A stretch of DNA of 64,000 nt from Nostoc desertorum CM1-VF14 (GTDB taxonomy: Bacteria; Cyanobacteriota; Cyanobacteriia; Cyanobacteriales; Nostocaceae): NCBI GenBank assembly GCA_019359245.1, contig JAHHHR010000012.1:58243-122242 (forward strand), in the 5' to 3' direction. The position numbers and the translations under genes are program-made. The notes under the pieces are model-generated. The model saw only the letters and a program-made list of their open reading frames with translations, made no database searches and was not told where the DNA came from. Shown one piece after another: positions 9,376 to 17,588 of the stretch; the first letter of the stretch is position 1, and each line of letters opens with the position of its first letter.

Positions 9376-10632
9376 ATGTATTCACTGGCTGTAACTAACG
9401 GGACACTTTCAAATCAGCAAGTTTCCGAGCTAGTTCATCAAGCTTTGACAGATCCTAAGTTGGATGGACAGCGTATTTTAGTATTAATTCCAGATGGGAC
9501 TCGTACTGCTCCCATCCCTCAAATGTTTCGATTGCTTCATCAGGAGTTGGGTAAAAGGGTAGCGGCTCTAGATTTTTTGATCGCTCTGGGTACACATAAT
9601 CCCATGAGTCAAGAACAAATCAATCGCTTGGTGGGGGTGACACAGGAGGAGCGAGAGACAATCTTTAAAAAAGTTCAGATATTTAACCACCTTTGGAATG
9701 AACCGAATACCTTTATTTCTTGCGGAGTAATTTCGGCAGATGAAATAGCAGATATCAGCCGGGGAATGCTACATCAGGCAGTTGAAGTCCGTGTCAACAA
9801 ATTGGTAACAGAATACGATTTAATAATGATTTGCGGTCCGGTTTTTCCGCACGAAGTTGTCGGTTTCTCTGGTGGAAATAAATACTTTTTTCCCGGCATT
9901 GGTGGTCAGGAAGTAATTGATATATCACATTGGTTAGGTGCATTAATCACCTGCTACGAAATTATTGGTACACCGGGAATAACACCAGTTCGGCGCTTGA
10001 TTAACCGAGCCGCTAACCTGATTTCTACCCCGAAACTTTGCTTGGCGATGGTGGTTGCACCCAAAACAAATCAGCTAGCTGGACTTTACATAGATCAACC
10101 AGAGTCAGCCTGGGAAGCTGCTGCAAAATTATCAGCCAAACTGCATATTAAATATGTAGATCAGCCTTTTAAACAAGTGCTTTCAGTAATGCCCCAAATG
10201 TATGACGACATTTGGACAGCAGCTAAAGGAATGTACAAGCTAGAGCCAGTAGTGGCCGACGGAGGCGAAGTAATTATATACGCCCCTCACATTACCGAGT
10301 TTAGCTATACACATGGCGAAATCCTAGCCCAAATTGGTTATCATGTGCGGGATTACTTCCTCAAACAGTGGGATGAATTCCAAGAGTATCCCGGTGGAGT
10401 GCTGGCCCATAGTACTCATTTAAAAGGTATGGGTACATTTGATCCCATAGAAGGGGAACAAGCGCGGATTCGTGTGACTTTAGCTACTGGCATTTCTGCC
10501 GAACGGTGTGCTGCTCATAACTTGAACTATCGTGATCCGGCTACCATTAGACCCTCTGAATGGGCTAACCGCGAGGATGAAGGTATCTTGCTTGTGCCAA
10601 AGGCTGGTGAAATACTATACCGTACAATATAA
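9376..10632 (+). CDS. LarA-family (lactate racemase domain, nickel-pincer-nucleotide dependent) 2-hydroxyacid racemase/epimerase
   Basis: 418 aa with PDGTR, LGTH and PHEVVGFSGGNKYFFPG....ISH. The His-x9-Lys-x15-His spacing equals LarA His174/Lys184/His200 as I recall it. The start is 2 nt after the SDR stop. Confidence 0.8.
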   Translation: MYSLAVTNGTLSNQQVSELVHQALTDPKLDGQRILVLIPDGTRTAPIPQMFRLLHQELGKRVAALDFLIALGTHNPMSQEQINRLVGVTQEERETIFKKVQIFNHLWNEPNTFISCGVISADEIADISRGMLHQAVEVRVNKLVTEYDLIMICGPVFPHEVVGFSGGNKYFFPGIGGQEVIDISHWLGALITCYEIIGTPGITPVRRLINRAANLISTPKLCLAMVVAPKTNQLAGLYIDQPESAWEAAAKLSAKLHIKYVDQPFKQVLSVMPQMYDDIWTAAKGMYKLEPVVADGGEVIIYAPHITEFSYTHGEILAQIGYHVRDYFLKQWDEFQEYPGGVLAHSTHLKGMGTFDPIEGEQARIRVTLATGISAERCAAHNLNYRDPATIRPSEWANREDEGILLVPKAGEILYRTI

Positions 10633-10665
10633 ACGTAGTGATTGTGTAATACCAAAGTCATCTAG

Positions 10666-10686
10666 CGGCTGGTCAGCCGGATTTTG
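10666..10686. terminator. Possible weak bidirectional terminator hairpin (CGGCTG-GT-CAGCCG then GATTTTG)
   Basis: Lies between the convergent LarA-like and Uma2 genes. The stem is short. Confidence 0.3.
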
Positions 10687-10708
10687 TAATAATTAGTGAA
10701 GTTATTCA

Positions 10709-11434
10709 TTAGGACAAATTATTCGGGTCAATACCCTGAGATTGCAAATAAGCAATCAGCCGTTCTTTTTCCTGGCGTTCTTGTTCAATCTGTTCCACAG
10801 CCCACGGTAATAAATTACCAGCTTGATCCCACCAGCGCAACCAATAACCACTTCGCCCTTCTTTTGTTCCTTGCCAAGTTCCTAAAAATAAGCCCATTAC
10901 ATCAATCCAATGGCGGCCATTTTCATCGGGTTGCTTTAACTCATAGCGTTTATTTTCCAGTTGATAGAATTCTAATAAACCGCCATCTGGTTCAAAAATT
11001 ACGTAGATGGGAATTTGCAAAATTTGCTCGTAGAAAAACCATTTTCCTGGTGGATAGGTTCGCTTGACCGAATATTCTCCCCCCTCAGTATCGGATAAAA
11101 ATTCGATGGAGATCGCTGGGATATCCCCTTCTAAATTGGGTGTATAACTTTTGCGATTACCTACAACTTGATTAACCGACGGCACATAAACCCAGTCAGG
11201 TGCTTTGGCAATAAATTGGCCGTTGACTGTCGCACAAAGACCAAAGTTTGAAGCTATCAACATCTGGGGTTGGATGAATCCAGTGATTTCTAAGCTTTCA
11301 CGCAAAGCACCAGCCAAAAGTGGCTGACCTGTATTCTCCACTGGTTCATCCTCTAGTTTAAAATCTTTGGGTAAGGCTTCCCAAGAAATTACCAGTTCAG
11401 TTTGGAATTTGGCTTCACTGAGTTGGGTTGCCAT
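10709..11434 (-). CDS. Uma2-family (DUF820) putative endonuclease
   Basis: 241 aa. The central IEFLSD..... block and overall pattern are typical of the cyanobacterial Uma2 family. Confidence 0.8.
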   Translation of the reverse strand: MATQLSEAKFQTELVISWEALPKDFKLEDEPVENTGQPLLAGALRESLEITGFIQPQMLIASNFGLCATVNGQFIAKAPDWVYVPSVNQVVGNRKSYTPNLEGDIPAISIEFLSDTEGGEYSVKRTYPPGKWFFYEQILQIPIYVIFEPDGGLLEFYQLENKRYELKQPDENGRHWIDVMGLFLGTWQGTKEGRSGYWLRWWDQAGNLLPWAVEQIEQERQEKERLIAYLQSQGIDPNNLS

Positions 11435-11517
11435 AAATACAGCATGAATTTATTTTTAATCTTATCGCTTGCCATACCAGGATCAAAAAAAGGCGCAGAA
11501 AACCCGCCTCTCTATTT

Positions 11518-11684
11518 AAAGGTTGTTTGAAAAGTTTTTCGCTGTGACTTTAGGCACTTTTGATCCCCCCTAACCCCCCTTAAAAAAGGGGGAACCGAAA
11601 TCAAAGTCCCCCAATTTATCGGGGGATTTAGAGGGATCTAGAACTTTTGATACCGACAAGAGGAGTTTTCAAACATCCTCTTAA
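11518..11684. mobile_element. MITE-like repeat, second (shorter, inverted) copy of the 5178-5423 family
   Basis: Its reverse complement matches 5178-5423 at both ends (ggttgtttgaaaagtttttcgctgtgactttaggcactttt ... ttttcaaacatcctctt). Confidence 0.65.
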
Positions 11685-11723
11685 CTAGAAACTTCAAATT
11701 ATTTAAATTTTTTAATAAAAACA

Positions 11724-13940
11724 ATGCAATTGAATCGAAATAATTTTCTTAAATTTCTGATCCAGTCAGAGCCAGGAAAACCAGCAATATCCAACGGCTT
11801 GCGAGCAGCTTTAGGATTGGGGGTTCCCATGCTAATCGGTCAACTGATCAACCAGAGAGAAAGCGGATTATTTATCGGTTTAATGGCTTACTTTGTCAAC
11901 TTAGCGAATGTTGGTGGCCCTTACCAAATAAAAGCTAAGGCAATGACGGCGGCTACTTTGGGTATGGCTGTTTCAATGTTTGTGGCTACTCTAGTCGCTA
12001 AAGTTCCAGCGCTAACTGTGGTGCTGACATTTCTCTGGGGTCTTGCTTCAGGTTTTGCATCCATGTACGGTAATGCTGGCGCGAATGTCGGTCTGGTGGT
12101 AGGCATATCATTTATTTCCACGATCGCACAGCCAGGAAACTTGGAAGCCGCACTCATGCGATCGCTGCTATGTCTTATTGCAGGCGGATGGGCGATGCTA
12201 CTCTCGTTAGTAATGTGGCCTTTTAGACCTTATGACCCCCTACGGATAGCTTTGGCTGGCTGCTTCAGTGCAATCGCTAACTACATTCAGGCATTTCTCG
12301 GTAAAGTGGCAACACCTGAAAAGATTCTCGAAATTAGAAAGGCGTTAGAGACAGCACGCAGTACTTTAGCTACTGCACGAATTGGAAAGTCGGCTCGAAG
12401 TTGGATGGATGAGCAATTGTTGGTACTAATCCAGGATGGCGATCGCTTGCTTGGTTCAGTTATTGCCTTAACCGAGTTACTAGAAACTCACTTTCAACAT
12501 CAGGAATATCACGCAGTCCAGCAATTAGTAGACGATGCACTCGAACAAATATCAGTCATTCTTCGAGCCATAGCGAAAGCCATATCTGGCAAGCCTACCA
12601 GCATCGATCTGGGAAATCTCAACCGCATCTATGAGGCACTGAAAGAACAAGAAAATCTGCAAAGAAAAGCAATTGCTGGGAGTGAGACACACTACACAAC
12701 TCTCGTTGCTCTTACTAACCTGGTGCTGATGATAGAAAAGCTGATGAAGCAATTGCAATACATGGCTCAGACAGCTAAATCTTTAATAGATCACAGCAAA
12801 ATGAGTGGGCGAGATGTAGATACACTTCTTGTAGTTGAAGATAAACAGCGATCGCTCTTAGATTTATTCAAAGAAAACCTCACCTTAGACTCAGCAATCT
12901 TTCGCCACGCTCTCCGCATTGCTGTGACTCTAGCCATAGGTGTAATTCTGTATAGCATTACCAATTTACCAATGGGCTATTGGGTGACACTGACAAGCAT
13001 CTTAGTCCTCAAACCTAACTTTGGTGCAACTTTCTGGCGTTTCTTCCAGCGAGTTGGCGGGACTATCTTGGGAGCTGTGTTAGCAGCTGTCATAGTTGCA
13101 ACCATCACAAGTAAGCCTGTGTTAGACATAATCATTGTGCTGACAGTCTTTTGTGGCATTTCCCTGATCAGTTTCAACTATGCTTATTCAGTGATTTTCT
13201 TATCAATATTTGTCTTACTAATTATCGATATTGGTCATCCGATTGGTTGGGAATTTGCTGGCTTTCGCGTGTTGAATACATTAATTGGGGCGGGACTAGC
13301 TTATGCGAGTCATTATTTTGTATTGCCAAATCGGGAACGCGATCGCTTACCCACTCAACTCGCCACTGCTCTGCGAGAATCCCACAAATACTTTAGGGAT
13401 GTAATGGCTGTTTACCAGGGAACAAAGGAGCAAGACTCTACGATTATCAGCCAACGCCGGCAAACTGGACTGGCAATTGGTAATGCCCAAGCCTGTTTCC
13501 AAGGATTGCTGCGTGAACCCCAGATGCAGAAAAAAATGGTGGAACCAGTAATGACGCTGTTGGTATACATGGGACGTTTTACTAATGCCGTGACAGTTTT
13601 GGCTGTACATCTCGAATATTTTCGAGGAACTGTGCCACTCCCAGAATTAGAAACCTTTGTTCGCCAAGTTTCATTACTGTTACAGCAGTTAACTGATTCA
13701 GTACAGCATGAAGTTATACCACCGCCTTTACCTGACTTGGAAGAAACGCTGCAAAAAATTCAACCGCACCTGCAAGCCCTACGTACGGCGCGTATACAAG
13801 AGCTAGCTGTCAATCAAGGAGATACACCTATTCGTCAGGCAGTCATTGATTACAGCATATTAGATTTGGAGATTGATCAGATTGTCCGACGGTTGACTGC
13901 TATGCACTCAGCGATGGTACGGCTCGTATCAGCTAAATAA
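11724..13940 (+). CDS. FUSC-family (YccS/YhfK-like) integral membrane protein
   Basis: 738 aa with two multi-helix hydrophobic blocks separated and followed by long helical soluble regions, as in fusaric-acid-resistance family proteins. Confidence 0.75.
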   Translation: MQLNRNNFLKFLIQSEPGKPAISNGLRAALGLGVPMLIGQLINQRESGLFIGLMAYFVNLANVGGPYQIKAKAMTAATLGMAVSMFVATLVAKVPALTVVLTFLWGLASGFASMYGNAGANVGLVVGISFISTIAQPGNLEAALMRSLLCLIAGGWAMLLSLVMWPFRPYDPLRIALAGCFSAIANYIQAFLGKVATPEKILEIRKALETARSTLATARIGKSARSWMDEQLLVLIQDGDRLLGSVIALTELLETHFQHQEYHAVQQLVDDALEQISVILRAIAKAISGKPTSIDLGNLNRIYEALKEQENLQRKAIAGSETHYTTLVALTNLVLMIEKLMKQLQYMAQTAKSLIDHSKMSGRDVDTLLVVEDKQRSLLDLFKENLTLDSAIFRHALRIAVTLAIGVILYSITNLPMGYWVTLTSILVLKPNFGATFWRFFQRVGGTILGAVLAAVIVATITSKPVLDIIIVLTVFCGISLISFNYAYSVIFLSIFVLLIIDIGHPIGWEFAGFRVLNTLIGAGLAYASHYFVLPNRERDRLPTQLATALRESHKYFRDVMAVYQGTKEQDSTIISQRRQTGLAIGNAQACFQGLLREPQMQKKMVEPVMTLLVYMGRFTNAVTVLAVHLEYFRGTVPLPELETFVRQVSLLLQQLTDSVQHEVIPPPLPDLEETLQKIQPHLQALRTARIQELAVNQGDTPIRQAVIDYSILDLEIDQIVRRLTAMHSAMVRLVSAK

Positions 13941-13985
13941 AGCGATTGCCTCCAATGTATCGCCAAGATTGTTGGCAGCAATGAG

Positions 13986-14699
13986 CTAATTATTAATTTC
14001 CAATAATCCAGGCGGCGGGGTAATTTCAATGCGACGAGATTTCAAGTCTACGACTGGTGCGATCGCTTCCACAAATGGAATCAAAACAGTCTGTTGCTTT
14101 TTGTCAGTAGCAAATGATTCATGGAACTTTACTTCTAACAAATCATTTCCGGCGGGGATGATATCTACCACCGTACCAACGAGTTCGCCAGATGCTTGCA
14201 TGAATACTTCCAAGCCTATCAAATCGAGGACATGATATTCATCTTCATCTAATTGGGGGCGATCGCTTGCTGGTACCATTAACTTACAACCGCGCAACGC
14301 CTCGGCCTGATCGCAATGTTCCACGCCAGCTAATTTGATCACATACAAGTTTTTGTTACTGATATAACGTCCTGTCAATAATTCGATTGGTTGTGGTTCT
14401 GTATCACCTGAACGCAACAACCAACGTTTCCCTGGTACCTCAAATCTTTCAGGGAAGTCAGATACAGGATAAACGCGTAATTCCCCAGACAAACCTTGAG
14501 GGGCAACAATTTTACCAATTTCTAGCCAATCGTCGAGATTGGGGGCTGGGGATTGGGTATTAGGAACTACGGGCTGGGGATTAGGGACTGGAGATTGGAC
14601 ATTTTGAATTTTTGAATTTCCTTTTACTCTCTTGCCCCTCTGCCTCTCTACTCCTTTGCCTCCGATCTCTTTATTAGCTTCTTCGTGTTTCACTTCCAT
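13986..14699 (-). CDS. rimM: Ribosome maturation factor RimM with a repeat-derived N-terminal extension
   Basis: The core [21 protein letters not shown]...PRB/PRC-barrel pattern is present. I prefer the ATG at 14699 (AGGAAA upstream) over the GTG at 14735. There is no canonical start closer to the conserved domain. Confidence 0.8.
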   Translation of the reverse strand: MEVKHEEANKEIGGKGVERQRGKRVKGNSKIQNVQSPVPNPQPVVPNTQSPAPNLDDWLEIGKIVAPQGLSGELRVYPVSDFPERFEVPGKRWLLRSGDTEPQPIELLTGRYISNKNLYVIKLAGVEHCDQAEALRGCKLMVPASDRPQLDEDEYHVLDLIGLEVFMQASGELVGTVVDIIPAGNDLLEVKFHESFATDKKQQTVLIPFVEAIAPVVDLKSRRIEITPPPGLLEINN

Positions 14700-14807
14700 T
14701 TTTCCTACTAGAACAACACGGCGGAAATAAACCACCTACGCTAAATCAATGAAATACTTACGCTGTATTCATTTTTAATTTTTAATTTTTAATTCCGCCT
14801 TGCGGTA

Positions 14808-16091
14808 CTAGGCAGTCACCGCCGCACCTTTATAAGCTTCTTCAGCTACTTTTGCTAAACGTTGCATAGCAGTGGCTATTTCTTCATCCGTACCCGTGAG
14901 GCTGATGCGGAAACATTGGTGCTTGTGCGCCCACTCTTCCTTTAAACCGGGGAAGAAGCTACTTCCAGGAACAATAATCACACCTACTTGCTTAAGTTGC
15001 TGATAAAATTCCCAGTCACTGATGGGTAGATCCTGTAACCACAACCAAGCAAAAATTGCTCCTTCACCGCGATGGAGGAACCAAGGTAAATCTTTGGGCA
15101 TCGCTTGTTCTAAGCTAGTTTCTAAAACGGTAAATTTATTTTGGTAAAAGGGACGGATGACACTGTGAGAAATTTCCACTAAAGCGCCAGAGTTGATTGC
15201 AAGAGCTGCGATCGCTTGGCCGTAACGTGAAGAATGGAGACTAATATTTGCCTGGAAACACTCCAGCACTTCAATCCACTTTTCATCCCCAATGGCAATA
15301 CCAACCCTTTCTCCTGGTAATCCCGCTTTTGATAAACTCATGCAGTGTAAGATGTTATCGCCAAACACTGGTGTCATTTCGGTAAAGTTCAATGCCGGGA
15401 AGGGAGGCGCATAAGCCGAGTCAATTAACACCGGCAGATTGTAAGGCGCAGCCAGAGCAGCAATTTTTTTCACCTCATCATCAGTGAGAACATTACCAGT
15501 AGGATTACAAGGGCGAGAGAAGAGAACACAACCCGTATTTTCTGTAATCGTAAGTTGGCTGAAGTCGGGACGATATTTAAATCGATGGGCGGCTGCATCG
15601 ATATCGAGAGTCGGTTTGTAGGCGATTAAGGCTTTTGGAACTAAGCAAACACCGCCGTAACCTGTGTAGTCAGGACTGAGGGGCAAAACGATTTGTTTTA
15701 ACTCGCCGCTAGGAGTGTAACCACCGAAAGTATTAGCAGCGTAGAAGTAGAGGGTTTGACTACCGGGGGTAATGAGGATATTGCGTTCGGTTAATTTTAA
15801 CCCGTAGCGTTTGTTAAAGTCGTTGGCGATCGCTTCAACTAATGGTGCATAACCCTGACTTGAGCCGTAGCGACAAACTACCTCACCATATTCAGGGCTA
15901 GCCAAAAGCTGTGCAGTACAATCCCGCCATAATTGCTCTACCTCTGGCAAAATCAACGGATTGCCAGCACTCAAATTAATAAACTGCTGCCCTGCACCCG
16001 CTCGTAATGTCTCGATAATATCCTTCATGATTGCTCTTACGCCAGTCAGGTTGGACATTTGAGCGCCAATTTGAGTTAGAGCAGGGTTCAT
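14808..16091 (-). CDS. PLP-dependent aminotransferase, valine-pyruvate (AvtA)-like
   Basis: 427 aa with class I/II aminotransferase features and SLSKAGLPGERVG around the PLP lysine. Confidence 0.75.
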   Translation of the reverse strand: MNPALTQIGAQMSNLTGVRAIMKDIIETLRAGAGQQFINLSAGNPLILPEVEQLWRDCTAQLLASPEYGEVVCRYGSSQGYAPLVEAIANDFNKRYGLKLTERNILITPGSQTLYFYAANTFGGYTPSGELKQIVLPLSPDYTGYGGVCLVPKALIAYKPTLDIDAAAHRFKYRPDFSQLTITENTGCVLFSRPCNPTGNVLTDDEVKKIAALAAPYNLPVLIDSAYAPPFPALNFTEMTPVFGDNILHCMSLSKAGLPGERVGIAIGDEKWIEVLECFQANISLHSSRYGQAIAALAINSGALVEISHSVIRPFYQNKFTVLETSLEQAMPKDLPWFLHRGEGAIFAWLWLQDLPISDWEFYQQLKQVGVIIVPGSSFFPGLKEEWAHKHQCFRISLTGTDEEIATAMQRLAKVAEEAYKGAAVTA

Positions 16092-16277
16092 AAGCTGTAA
16101 TAAAATGTATTAATTGAAGGGTGGACAAATTATTTGGGGGTTGCTGCTGACATCAAGTTTTAGATTGTTGGCAAAACAACTGTTGCCGCCTTTAACCAAT
16201 CTAGCTAGAGAATGATATTTTAACAAAGATAAGATTTATCGTTATCGCGGCGATCGTCCTTAATAAATACGATGAAG

Positions 16278-16295
16278 TGATACAAAAGTGTATCA
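16278..16295. promoter_or_regulatory. Palindrome TGATACA-AAAG-TGTATCA upstream of the alcohol dehydrogenase gene (possible operator)
   Basis: Read directly, about 80 bp upstream of the ATG at 16375. Function unknown. Confidence 0.25.
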
Positions 16296-16374
16296 TGCGC
16301 TCAATATGTTTAAGTGAAATAATCCCTGTATTGCAGCACTAGGGAAAAGTCAAATAACTATATTAGGAGGGCTG

Positions 16375-17487
16375 ATGTTGCAAGTTAAAGCAGCAGTAGC
16401 TTACAGCGCAGGTAAGCCGTTGACGATTGAAACCGTTCAACTATCGGGGCCAAAAGCTGGTGAAGTGTTAGTTGAGGTGAAAGCCAGCGGGGTTTGCCAT
16501 ACCGACGCTTTTACCCTATCTGGTGATGATCCCGAAGGTTTGTTTCCGGCAATTTTGGGACATGAAGGTGCTGGTGTGGTAGTGGAAGTAGGCGCTGGTG
16601 TCACCAGTCTCAAACCAGGGGATCATGTAATTCCTCTATACACTCCCGAATGTCGCCAATGTGAATATTGTCTAAGTTTCAAAACTAATCTTTGTCAAGC
16701 CATTCGCTTAACTCAAGGACGTGGAGTCATGCCCGATGGCACTAGTCGTTTTAGCATTGATGGACAGATGATTCATCATTATATGGGTACATCCACTTTT
16801 GCCAACTATACGGTGCTGCCAGAAATCGCTCTGGCAAAAATTCGGGAAGACGCTCCATTTGATAAGGTTTGTTACATTGGCTGTGGTGTGACTACTGGTG
16901 TTGGTGCAGTTATCAATACTGCCAAGGTGGAACCAGGAGCAAATGTTGTGGTTTTCGGCTTGGGTGGTATTGGCTTAAATGTTATCCAAGCGGCGCGGAT
17001 GGTAGGAGCCAATATGATTGTTGGGGTAGATATTAATCCCAGCAAACGCACCTTGGCAGAAAAGTTTGGTATGACGCACTTTGTCAATCCCCAAGAAGTA
17101 GAAGGTGATTTAGTCCCCTATCTAGTTGATTTAACAAAAGGCGGTGCTGATTACAGTTTTGAATGTATCGGTAATGTCAAAGTTATGCGTCAAGCATTAG
17201 AATGCTGCCACAAAGGTTGGGGCGTTAGTGTGATTATTGGTGTTGCTGGTGCTGGACAGGAAATCAGTACTCGTCCTTTTCAACTAGTAACTGGACGCGT
17301 TTGGAAAGGTTCGGCGTTTGGTGGCGCTAGAGGACGTACAGATGTGCCAAAAATTGTTGATTGGTATATGGAAGGTAAGATAAACATTGATGATTTGATT
17401 ACCCATGTAATGCCCATTGAGCAAATTAATGATGCTTTTGAATTGATGCACAAAGGCGAATCAATTCGCAGTGTAGTGACTTTTTAG
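16375..17487 (+). CDS. frmA: S-(hydroxymethyl)glutathione dehydrogenase / class III alcohol dehydrogenase
   Basis: 370 aa zinc-ADH with GVCHTD, GHEGAG, the CxxCxxC structural zinc loop and GLGGIGL. AGGAGG lies 8 nt upstream. Confidence 0.88.
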   Translation: MLQVKAAVAYSAGKPLTIETVQLSGPKAGEVLVEVKASGVCHTDAFTLSGDDPEGLFPAILGHEGAGVVVEVGAGVTSLKPGDHVIPLYTPECRQCEYCLSFKTNLCQAIRLTQGRGVMPDGTSRFSIDGQMIHHYMGTSTFANYTVLPEIALAKIREDAPFDKVCYIGCGVTTGVGAVINTAKVEPGANVVVFGLGGIGLNVIQAARMVGANMIVGVDINPSKRTLAEKFGMTHFVNPQEVEGDLVPYLVDLTKGGADYSFECIGNVKVMRQALECCHKGWGVSVIIGVAGAGQEISTRPFQLVTGRVWKGSAFGGARGRTDVPKIVDWYMEGKINIDDLITHVMPIEQINDAFELMHKGESIRSVVTF

Positions 17488-17515
17488 CTAATTCCAATTT
17501 TTTTCCTCTACCCTC

Positions 17516-17547
17516 TTGACACTCCAGTTCACTGGAGGATTCAAGAT
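17516..17547 (+). promoter_or_regulatory. MerR-type promoter: TTGACA, 20-bp spacer containing ACTCCAGT-TC-ACTGGAG, then CAAGAT
   Basis: Read directly, ending 42 nt upstream of the ATPase ATG. It has the same architecture as 20576-20607 and 21283-21314. Confidence 0.6.
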
Positions 17548-17588
17548 GAAATCAGTCTTGAACACGACTTGATAATTGGAGGCTTAAA

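Noticed and set aside
10696-11067. Track ORF (123 aa, plus strand)
   Set aside because: It is antisense to the Uma2-family gene, which has a convincing family pattern.
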